This document shows positions 1 through 10,769 of a stretch of DNA of 64,000 nt, in pieces (within the stretch, counting starts at the first letter, position 1; each line of letters begins with the position of its first letter). The notes below the pieces were generated by a model. That model searched no databases. It was not told the DNA's origin and worked only from the letters and a program-made list of their open reading frames with translations. The translations under genes and the position numbers were made by a program. Source of the stretch: Eledone cirrhosa (Eukaryota); NCBI GenBank assembly GCA_964016885.1, contig OZ024741.1:183210001-183274000 (forward strand). The letters are read 5' to 3'.

Positions 1-665
1 GACTGCAGATGGAACTGGTCGGGAGATTTTATGGACAGGTAAAACAACCTCCATGCATCTGAACGCCAAGAGTATCGGGTTTCGAGTCAACACCTAAAAG
101 ACAAAGGTTATTAAGGTGGGAAATGACCTCAGTCAGGTGGCTTCAGTTAAGGTGAACCAACAGGAACTGGACGAATTTGACTACTTCATGTACCTGGGCA
201 GTATCCTGAGCAATAGTGGTGATATCGAGATGGACCTCAGCTGCGGGACTGGAAAGGCAACCATGATGTTCCAACAGAAGCACTCGATTTGGTCAAATGC
301 AGCCATCAGCACATACATTAAGCTGTGCCTGTACACCAGCATTGTACTTCCCATGGCTATATACGCCTGGAAATGTAGAAACACACTAGCAAAACAGATA
401 GGCATCTAAACACTTTCCATCAAAGGTGTCTGCGTAAGATTCCAAAGGTCATCTGGCAATATCAGGTTAGGAATGAAGAGATCCCGTGGAGAACAGGGCC
501 GTATACATTGCAGGAGATTGTCACAGAGTGCCGGTTCCATTTTGTGGGTCCATTCTACACTCCCCTCCTGAATATCACCCATCCAAAATGGTGATGATGA
601 GGAGTCTACCTGAAGTGGAAAAGAGGCCAACCGAAGATGACCTGGTGGTGGACATTCCAAAGTGA
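1..665 (+). mobile_element. Decayed RTE-clade LINE fragment (RT C-terminal region)
   Basis: ORF 116-409 has F-x-YLGS and IKLCLYTSIVLPMAIYA, typical of the RTE RT C-terminus; frameshifts and stops present. Confidence 0.7.
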
Positions 666-1549
666 TGTACAAACTGTACATTATGCCTTAAATAACACTT
701 TAGTCCAGCAACTAATTTACACATCAAGCCACATTTAGTGCAGATGACAGGAATTTGAGTGGAGCTAGAAGGAATGTTTAATCAGATCATAGTGTTAGAT
801 CTTAGATCACGAAAATGGACTGGACAAGATTTTCAAAGTTCTTTATACCTTCATGACTAATAGTTCTCCATTTCTTCGGTCAGCAGCTAGGGTTGCCATG
901 TTTTGAGATTAGGCTGGTTAAATTACCAGGTTCTGCTCATATATTTCAGTTTGGCATGGTTTCTATGACTGGATGCTTTTGCTAGTATCAATCACTTTCC
1001 AGAGTTTACTGGATGCATTTCATCAAAGCACAGACTGGATCACTTTCCAGAGTAGGCTGGGTGCATTTTATCTTGGCACAAGTGCCACTACATGCAGAGT
1101 GCATTCCACCATGGCATTAGCACTTGGGCAATTATTGAGACCTTAGCCAAGCTGTGATATAAAAGATGGGAGAGATGAAAGCATGGTGGAGTGGCACTGT
1201 ACATGTTGGGAGTGAAGGACAGGAAAAGAGAGAGTGGAAGGTGATAATGGGGATCACAGCGTTGACCGTCATGCGAGAAAGTGACTTGCAATCTAGAGTT
1301 GGGTGAAGTGTATACATACATATATATGTGAAAAAAGAAAAGACATTTTATATATGAAGTCTACGACTGTTTCTTTGTCTCCAATGCATTGAAAGACAAG
1401 CGGATGTATCAGGTTCAAACTTGGCATATGAGTTGCTTAGACTCAGGAATAAGTTTATCTCACTGAAATTAATGCACGCAAAATTTCACAGCTGTAGCAT
1501 CGCTTCTCCATAGTCAGCCATGTGTGTGTATCATATGTGTGTGTATCAT

Positions 1550-1898
1550 CATTTCATCATCATTTCATTTTACGTCCGCTTTTCCCTGCTTGCAAGGGTG
1601 GGACGGGAACTGATTCTGGCTTGATTTCTACAGCTGGATGCCCTTCCTAACACCAACCTCATTTACAGTGAGTGCTGGGTGCTTTTTTTTTCCGTGGCGC
1701 CTACACGTCCACTTTACAGTAGAATGAGATGATAGGGACTGGGGTCCCTATCATCTCATTTCTACAGCTGAGTAAACTGGAGCAATGTGAAATAAAGTGT
1801 CTTGCTTAAGGAAACAACACATCACCCGGTCTGAGAATTGAACTCACAACCTTTCGATTGCAAGGCCAATGCTCTAACCACTAAGCCATGTGCCTCCA
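1550..1898 (-). mobile_element. tRNA-derived CORE-type SINE with RTE-derived 3' tail
   Basis: Minus strand: tRNA-like head GGAGGCACATGGCTTAGTGGTTAGAGC...GTGAGTTCAATTCTC (A/B boxes), CORE-like CCTTAAGCAAGACACTTTATTTC...CAGTTTACTCAGCTGTAGAAATGAG, tail matching the RTE 3'UTR at 13157-13268 and ending in GAT repeats. Second copy at 50636-50935. Confidence 0.8.
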
Positions 1899-1918
1899 TG
1901 TGTATATATATATATATA

Positions 1919-2420
1919 TCATCATCATCATCATCATTATCATTTTACGTCTGCTTTTCCCTGCATGCAAGGGCGGGACGGGTCCTATTCAGCACAGCAT
2001 CTCTCCACTTGTCACGGTCCTTCGTCATCTCCGTGAGTTTCAGCAGTCTGAGGTCTGCTCTCACCACCTCCACCCATATTTTTCGTGGTCTTCCTCTACT
2101 GCATCTTCCTTCTACTGAGATTTCCTAGCACATCTTCACCCAGCGGTCATCCTCCATGTGCATCACATGTTCATACCATCTCAGTCTTCTCTCCTGCACA
2201 CCACAACTTACCCCTCTTATACCCAGTTCCTCTCTCAACTCATCCACACTTGGTCGTTCATGCACATTGACATTGTACATCCAACTGAGCATGCTTGCTT
2301 CATTTCTCTCCAGCCGTCGCATATCCTCTGCAGTTGCTGCCCATGTCTCACTACCATGCAGCATCGCACATCTCATACAAGCATCATATAACCGTCCTAT
2401 CGTACACAGTGAGAAACACT
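1919..2420 (-). mobile_element. 5'-truncated RTE LINE 3' end
   Basis: ORF 2125-2517(-): GRLYDACMRCAMLHGSETW...ERRLRWYEHV; (GAT)n tail; same family as 63456-64000. Confidence 0.85.
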
Positions 2421-2579
2421 TCTTTGTATATATATATATATATGTATATATATCATCATCATCACCACCACTTTTCAATGCTAGCATGGGCTGGACGAGT
2501 TGTTCATTGTGAGACAAAAAATTTTGAATGAAATTTCACTATTTTCTTTAACCCGGGCAGTATTTGGTACTTCTGCTAG

Positions 2580-2612
<33 letters not shown>

Positions 2613-2769
2613 TAATAAAGAGTGGTCCAACTGATAGGACACGTATGTTTAACATCCTTTCTGTTTTGTATTTAGATGAAACACAACGAAGATGACAAAG
2701 AAAAAGAAAAAAAGATAATGAAAACGACAAAGAAAACGATAACGAATATAAAGATGAAGAGAAAGACCA

Positions 2770-3080
2770 ATCCAAAATAAAACCAGACCAGACCAGACCA
2801 AAGCAAACCTAACAAGGAAACAAAAAAAAAATAAAGATAAAACAAAACAAAATAAAAAAAAACAAAAACAAACCAAAACAAAACAAAACAAAACAAAACA
2901 AAACAAAACAAAACCCAAAACAAACCAAAACAAAACAAAACAAACCAAAACCAAAAAACAAAACAAAACAAAACAAAACCAAAAAACAAACCCAAACAAA
3001 ATAAAACAAAACCCCAAAACAAAACAAAACAAAACAAAACAAATCAAAACGAAACCAAAAAACAAAAACAAAACAAAACC

Positions 3081-3111
<31 letters not shown>

Positions 3112-4318
3112 CCAAAAAACAAAACAAAACAAAATAAAAAACAAACCAAACCAAAACAAAACAAATCAAAACCCCAAAACAAACCAAACCAAACCAAAAC
3201 AAAACAAAAACCAAAACCAAAAAACAAACCAAAACAAAACAAACCAAAAAACAAAACAAAACAAAACAAAACCAGACTCACCACTCCGCACCGCACCACT
3301 CCACACCACACCGCACCACTCCACACCACACCGCACCACTCCACACCACACCGCACCACTCCACACCACACCGGACCACTCTACACCCGACCACCATACA
3401 CCACACCACTCCATGCCATTCCTCTTCACTCCACACCACTCCACACTACATAACAGTACACCACACTACACTACACCACACTACACCATACAACACCACA
3501 CCACTTTATTTATTTATTTTTATTTCATTTTATTTTAATTTATTTAATTTAATTTTTATTTTACCTTACCTTAGATTAGATTACCTTGCCTTACCTTAGA
3601 TTAGATTAGCTTACCTTAGATTAAATTAACTTAACTTACCTTAGATTAGATTAGAATTCCTTAATTACCTTAGATTAGATTACCTTACCTTGCCTTACCT
3701 TACCTTACCTTACCTTACCTTACCTTGCCTTGCCTTGCCTTGCCTTGCCTTGCCTTGCCTTGCCTTGCCTTGCCTTGCCTTGCCTTACCTTATCTTGCCT
3801 TACCTTACCTTACCTTAGATTAGATTACCTTACCTTAACTTACCTTACCTGACCTTACCTGACCTTACCTTACCATAGATTAGATTAACTTAATTTACCT
3901 TACTTTACCTTAGATTAGATTACCTTACCTTACCTTAGATTAGCTTAGATTACCTTACCTTAGATTAGATTACCTTACCTTAGATTAGATTAGATTACCT
4001 TATCTTACCTTAGATTAGATTAGATTACCTTACCTTACCTTAGATTAGCTTAGATTACCTTACCTTACCTTAGATTAGATTAGATTACCTTACCTTACCT
4101 TAGATTAGCTTAGATTACCTTACCTTGCATTACCTTACCTTACCTTGCGTTACCTTACCTTAGATTAGATTACCTTACCTTAGATTAGCTTAGATTACCT
4201 TACCTTAGATTAGATTACCTTATCTTACCTTAGATTAGCTTAGATTACCTTACCTTAGATTAGATTACCTTATCTTACCTTAGATTAGATTAGATTACCT
4301 TACCTTAGATTAGATTAG
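2770..4318. repeat. Compound pentanucleotide microsatellite: (AAAAC)n, (CCACA/CCGCA/CCACT)n, (TTATT)n, (TTACC/TTAGA/TTGCC)n
   Basis: Directly visible ~5-bp periodic blocks abutting each other. Confidence 0.95.
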
Positions 4319-4859
4319 GGTGACTCCAATGGGGCTGCATTCCATTATCTGATATCAATAAAAGATGAGCATCAATAAAAACATTGTCTGATTTCTCTTT
4401 GTTAATATTGGACTTAACATTCAAGGATATTTGTATATACTTTTGTTGATGTTTGATATTTTTTTAGTCAATATAAAGAGTGGTGTGCTGATGTGGGGAG
4501 ATGTTATGAAATAGCTTATAAGCAATTTCATAGCATCTCCGCACATAATTACACTGCTCTTTAAATTAACTTTATCTCCTCAGCACTTTGTAAAGTCTGA
4601 CAGATATGATACATATATGTTTTACATTCTTTGATTTTGGTATTTAGATGAAAGATGACAACCAAGAAGACAAGGCACAGAAGAAGACAAAGAAAAACAA
4701 GAATTATTATTATTATTTGTATTATTATTTGTATTATTATTTGTATTATTATTTGTATTATTATAATCACACTATGACACCACGCCACACCACACCTATA
4801 ACACTACACCACACCACTTAAGTTAGAATCAATTTTTTTCCTGAAAAGCAGAAACCGCA

Positions 4860-5750
4860 AACTAAAACTAAACCCTAAAAATAACACTTGCCCTAACTTA
4901 GACCCTAGCACATACTTTAACACTAATCTGAACACTGACACTAACAAAAACACTAAAACTAACACTTCAACAAACACTAACACTTCAACAAACACTAACA
5001 ATACCAATAACACAAATACTAACAATAACAATAACATTAACACTAACAATAACACGAACATTAATAATAACACTAACAATAACACAAACATTAATAATAA
5101 CACGAACACAGATACTAACACTAACACAAATGCTAACACTAACACTAAAGCTAACATTAAAAATAACACTGGCACCAACACAGACACTAACAATAACACT
5201 AATACTAACATTAATACTAACGCTAGTATTAACACTAATACTAATCTGAACACAGACAATAATACAAACACTAATACTTACAATAATACAAACACTAACA
5301 CTAATGCTAACACTAACACTAATGCTGACACTAATACTAACACTAACACTAACACAAATGCTAACACTAACACTAAAGGTAACACTAAAAATAACACTGG
5401 CACCAGCACAGACACAAACAATAACACTAATACTAACATTAATACTAACACTAATACTAATCTGAACACAGACAATAATACAAACACTAATACTTACAAT
5501 AATACTAAAACTAACATTAATGCTAACACTAACACTAATGCTAACACTAATACTAACACTAACACTAACACAAATGCTAACACTAACACTAAAGCTAACA
5601 CTAAAAATAACACTGGCACCAACACAGACACTAACAATAACACTAATACTAACATTAATACTAACGCTAGTATTAACCAAAAAACTAACCCTAATCTTAA
5701 CAGTACCATTAAAACTTACCATAACACTAAGCCTACAACTAACACTAATC
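4860..5750. repeat. Degenerate (ACTAAC)n hexamer array with ~215-230 bp higher-order repeats
   Basis: CACTAA/ACTAAC units; marker AAAATAACACTGGCACCA.CACAGACAC recurs at ~5160, ~5388 and ~5604. Confidence 0.9.
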
Positions 5751-5759
5751 AAGGGAAAA

Positions 5760-7540
5760 AAGTTGATTACAAATACCATTTTTTTTTTTATAATATCCAA
5801 CAAGCTCACAAATGACTATTTTTTCCACATGTTATCAATGAATATGACCTCCAATCTTGTCTAAAATGACTAGCTTCGTATGAAAAAAGAGGGAGAAATG
5901 TGGGCGGAAAAAACATACGAAGCTCGTTGTTTTTTACTGGTGTGGAAATCATATTTGTTGATAACATGCGATAAAATTTAGAGAGAAACACATTATAACA
6001 AAGTTCACCACACCACATCACACTAAATACTCCACAAGGAACCACACCACCACACACCATAGTAATTTTATTGAAAAACACTTCCTTGATCGCAGTGTTA
6101 AAGATTATTTCCCTCATTTTTTTTTTATGTGCTTACCACTGATTATAGCTTCCAAGATGCTTGCAATTGACTATATTTTCTACATGGTATCAATGAATAT
6201 CACCTCGAAATTTGTCTAAAATGACTAGCTTTGTAGAAAAAAAAGAGGGAGGAATTTGGGTGGAAAAACCATACAAAGCTGGTTGTTTTTTACTGGCGTG
6301 GAAATCATATTTGTTGATAACATGCGATAAAATTTAGAGAAACACATAACAAAGTACATCACACCACATGATACTAAATACACCACACCACATCACACAA
6401 TTTTATTGAAAAACACTTCCTTGATCGCTGTATGAAAAAATTCTTTTCCTCATTTTTTTTTTTTAGTGTGTGTGCATTTACCACTGATTCTAACTTCCAA
6501 GATGCTTGCAATTGACTATATTTTGTACATGTTATCAATGAATATGACCTCGAAACCTGTCTAAAACGACCAGCTTTGTATGAAAAAAGAGGGAGGCATG
6601 TGGGCGGAAAAAACATATGAAGCTAGTTGTTTTTTACTGGTGTGGAAATCATATTTGTTGATAACATACAATAAAATTTAGAGAGAAAAACACATTATAA
6701 CAAAGTGCACCACACCAAACTAAACACACCATACTACAGCACACCAAACTACATCATACCATACCACACCATGATAAATTTATTGAAGAACAGCACCAAG
6801 ATCTCAGTGTGAAAAATTCTCTTCCTTGTTTATATTATTTATTGTTTTGTGTGTGCTTATTACCTAATCTGACCTCCAAAATGCTCAAAATTGACTGTTT
6901 TTTCACACATTATAAATGAATATGACTTTGATATCAATCATTAACGACTAGCTTTGTAGAGAAAAAGAGGGTGGACAGTGGGTGGAATTCAATTCACAAA
7001 GCTGGTTTTTCACTGGAGTGGAAGACATATTGATTGATAGCATGCTAAAGTAATAGTCAAATGTGACCATTTTGGGCATCAGATGAGTTGAAGACACATG
7101 AAACAGCCGTAGGAAAAACTTTTTTCTGTCTTAAATCAAAGTGGAAATAAAAGTCCTAACCTTATAAACACATTATAACAAAGTACACCCCATCATAATA
7201 GATAGACCACACCACACCATACCACAGCTCACCATGGTAATTTTATTGAAAAAAGCACCTTGATCTCAGTGTGAATTTTTTCCTCACTTTTTTTTGTGCT
7301 TATCCCCAATTCTAACTTACGATATGGCCACAATTGATTATTCTTTTTATGCGATATCAATGAATATCACTTTGAAGCCTGTCATAAATGACTAGAAAAA
7401 AGAGGGTGGAAAGAGGGTAGTAAAGACACCTACAAACCTAGTCCTTTTTCACTAGAGTGGAAGTCATATTAATTGATAGCATGCTAAAATAATAGTCGAA
7501 TGTGAGCATTTTGGGCATCAGATGAGTTGAAGACATTCAA
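5760..7540. repeat. Tandem satellite, about five diverged units of ~345-440 bp
   Basis: Motif ATCAATGAATATGAC...GACTAGCTT...AAAAAAGAGGG...TTTTACTGG.GTGGAA recurs at ~5834, 6189, 6534, 6913 and 7356. Confidence 0.85.
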
Positions 7541-7782
7541 ATCTATATTTTTAACCGTTGGTCGATCAATGATAAACATTGATTGCCAGCTAAATTAACT
7601 ACAGGAATATAAAATAAGCGAAAACTAATCCAAACCAAACAGTGAGTGTGTTTTAATATTATTTCTGACAATATCATAACAATGTGACCCTCCCCAATAT
7701 AACAAAATTTGTTTCAACACATGATTTCATATCAAAAACCTTGCAAAACAAATATATATATATATCTAAGTATCTATCTATC

Positions 7783-8310
7783 GAAAGAGGTTGTATGGTG
7801 GACGCGTCTGAAAGGACTGAGGTCAGGCACCTTTCTCTCTGGCCAACAACTGGTCCGTTTCTTCCGATATCATTTCGGAAGAAGGATCAGGATGGAGAGA
7901 GAGGTGCTGCACCCCAGTCGTTTTTATGAAAGGTGGGTGAAAGTGGCGAGAATGGCCTGTGTGAATGGGCCTTCTCTTTACATGAGCCTGTAGGTGGAAA
8001 AGAGGAAGGAACGAGGGAGCACCCACTCTCTGTGCTCCTGAGGAAAAGGGTTGCACACTTTTTTCGGGGGTGTGTGCGACCCCCCAAGGCGCCTCCTCTC
8101 TATTGAGGATTTTGTTATAAATTTTATTTTTTGTTATATTTTATAACAAAATCCTCTATTGAGGATTTTGTTATAATTCTATTTTTTGTTATATTTTATT
8201 TTATTTTTATATATTGTTATTGCCTCCTCCCTATTGAGGACGCCTTGTTTTGTAAACTCGCCCCATTGTACTTGTCCCACTTTTGATGCCCTTGTGGCAA
8301 ATAAAAGAAA
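7783..8310 (+). mobile_element. 5'-truncated Tx1-like LINE (3' end of ORF2 plus 3'UTR)
   Basis: KEVVWWTRLKGLRSG..F...FFRYHFGRRIRMEREVL...NGPSLY is nearly identical to the ORF2 C-terminus at 46095-46305; same GCAAATAAA terminus; flanked by ATCT repeats. Confidence 0.92.
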
Positions 8311-8607
8311 CATATCTATCTTCCTATATCTATCTAGCTAGTTATACCTACCTACCTAGCTAAGTATCTATCAATCTGCCTTGCTATTTATTAATCTATC
8401 TCTATAACTATCTATCTATATTTCTAACTCCATACCTACCTCCCTACCTATGTAGCTATCTACCTACCTTTCTATCTAGCCATTCTTCCATCCATCTTGC
8501 TATATATCTTTCAACCAACCTACATTCTATATAGCAATCTATCTTCCTACCTAGCTGAGTATGTAAGGACCTATTAAGTTACATTCCAAACACCACTTTA
8601 ATAAGTC

Positions 8608-8792
8608 ATTGGCAGTATTGGTAGAGGGTTGGACGCCATGCTTTGCAGCAAAGAGTTACAGCCCTTTATGATCTGAGTTCAAATCCTGTCGAGGTTAACC
8701 TTGCCTTTCATCCTTATGGGGTCAATAAAATAAAGCACCAGTAATGCACTGGAATAATTGCTGGCCTTGTGCCAAAAGTAGAAACAATTATT
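8608..8792 (+). mobile_element. tRNA-derived SINE with Meta-like central domain
   Basis: TGGCAG..T.GGTAGAG and GAGTTCAAATCC boxes followed by GCCTTTCATCCTTA.GGGGTC.ATAAAATAAAG.ACCAGT; further copies at 19340-19527 and 38270-38445. Confidence 0.75.
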
Positions 8793-9209
8793 ATGCTAGT
8801 CTTTCAAATTCCCAATTATTTGAACACATGAAATATGGCCAGGAAAAGATTAATAGATACTCTGTCACTTCAGTCTATTCTGAACTATTATCGAATGAAT
8901 GGTTCAATACAAAATCTGTGGCTGGTTTCAAATTTATGAGATTTATAACAGACTAGTACTAGCCATTGTACATTTATCAGCAATAAAAATATGAGGTTTA
9001 TGAAATTCTGTGTATCAAACCTAGTCTCAAAAAGAAAAAATAGTCACCTGGTAATGGTCCTCATTGGTAAATAGTAAGTACAAAATGTTTGAAAATTATA
9101 TTTTGGAGTTGTACTTCTCTGGCAAATGGCTTAATTTGAGACCACGTGTTGAGAATAAATTAACTACATCATGGAAGAATCATTTTAGTCATTCAAAACC
9201 ATACATCTC

Positions 9210-9665
9210 TGACTTGCACTTGATAAGTTTGATGCTGGGTACTGCATGGCTAGAATGAAAATCAGTACTGCAAAAACTGTGAAACTCGTCTTCTCAAGGA
9301 AGCCTGCACAGTGCATTCTACATGTGAATGGAGTTCCACTGAAGCAGGTGGAGAAGTTCAAGTATCTCAGGGCTGTGTTCATGAGTGATGGAAGGTAGGA
9401 GGCTGAATTAAGTTAAAAAATTGTGGGAGCTCGTGCAATAATGCAGCAGCTTCGGCATTCAATAATCAGAAGAAGGGAGTTAAGTGTAAAAGCCAAACTC
9501 GCTATCTTCAATTCCATATTTGTGACAACCCATATATGTGGTCATGAATCTTGGGTAATGACCGAAAGAATATGATCCCAAATACAAGTGGCAGAAATAG
9601 GGTTCCTTCGAAGGGTTTTTAGGAGTAACGTTACTTGATAGAGTACGTAGCTCAGAGATCAGAGA
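9210..9665 (+). mobile_element. Decayed RTE-like LINE fragment
   Basis: Translates to LKQVEKFKYL and YVCGHESWVMTERI with stops; homologous to 57918-58100. Confidence 0.7.
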
Positions 9666-9762
9666 GTCATGTATATATATGTATATATATACATGTATAT
9701 ATATATATATACCTTCTCAACTCGCATACCACAACAAAAATATATTTTTTTTGTCACATCAC

Positions 9763-9850
9763 CAGTCTGATGTGCAGATGGATACTGGAGTTGGGTCGAT
9801 AACTCCTGGAGGTTACCTTGAGCTAATTCTCTGTGAAACATGCGTAACTG
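9763..9850 (+). ncRNA. Type I hammerhead ribozyme remnant (A9U) in a probable Penelope pLTR fragment
   Basis: CAGT-CTGATGT-GCAGA..TCTGT-GAAAC-ATGC-GTA-ACTG; stems I, II and III all pair. Confidence 0.6.
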
Positions 9851-9905
9851 TTTGATACACAATAAATATTTTTCATATGTAAATGAAACTTCCTCGTTTT
9901 TTTCC

Positions 9906-9944
<39 letters not shown>

Positions 9945-10769
9945 AATAGACACACACATACACATATATGTATGTACATATATGTGTGCATGCACATTCA
10001 TGTGCCATTGCATATTTATATAAATATGTATTTGTAAATATGTCTATATGTATTTAAATGTTGTTTTTTTGGGAGAGGGCCGGGAGGAGGGGCGGTTTTT
10101 GTTTTGCAAGTTTTTTTTTTATCTGGAAACGTATTGAAATAGATATTACTTTGGGAGGGTCATGCTCCCAATAAAAAAACACATGAACCTGTTGGCTTTC
10201 AGTTTAATTTATTATTAAAATTTCCCAGTCAGTTACGTTAAAAACCCAATGTTTGTTTAGTTGTTGATTGTCAAAGCTCCTTCATAACACATTCTGTGAC
10301 CTCCTCGGTGACTACTATTGTTGGAGAAACAAAGTAACAACAAAAGTAGTTGCTGAGGAGCATGACTCTCCCAAAGTATATCAATATATGGATGTTATTA
10401 TGTGATTACATGCAGATGAACATAAGTGTGAATTCTCATAAATGCATGTGTGTATCTGAACACATACATGTGTATGTGTAAGCAATAAGCAAGCTGGAAA
10501 AGCATTATCTTTCAGAATGTGAAAACATAAATAATCCTGTTCATTCTATGTAGTCTTCATTGCATATATTGCATTTAATAACATAGATTAAAATTCTTTA
10601 TAAGTAGGTGAAATGATTCTTTGTGGTAAATATTTGTTCTGATTTAAACTCATATGAAGAGCTCAATGAAGTCAATGCAGATTCCAGTTAATGCAGATTC
10701 CCTTTAGCATTTATTTTTCTCTATATTATTGTATTTTTGTGGTAATGGCTTTACTTCACATACTTATCT

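Noticed and set aside
1826-1898. tRNA genes here and at 8608, 19340, 38370 and 50863
   Set aside because: These are tRNA-like heads of SINEs, with no proper acceptor stem and followed by SINE bodies.
2649-5864. Long low-complexity ORFs (FCFVL..., VLVLV..., SVSVSI...)
   Set aside because: Translations of penta- and hexanucleotide repeats that lack stop codons; no coding signature.
5760-7540. CRISPR-like or coding tandem array
   Set aside because: Whole units are homologous with no unique spacers; eukaryotic context; no conserved ORF.
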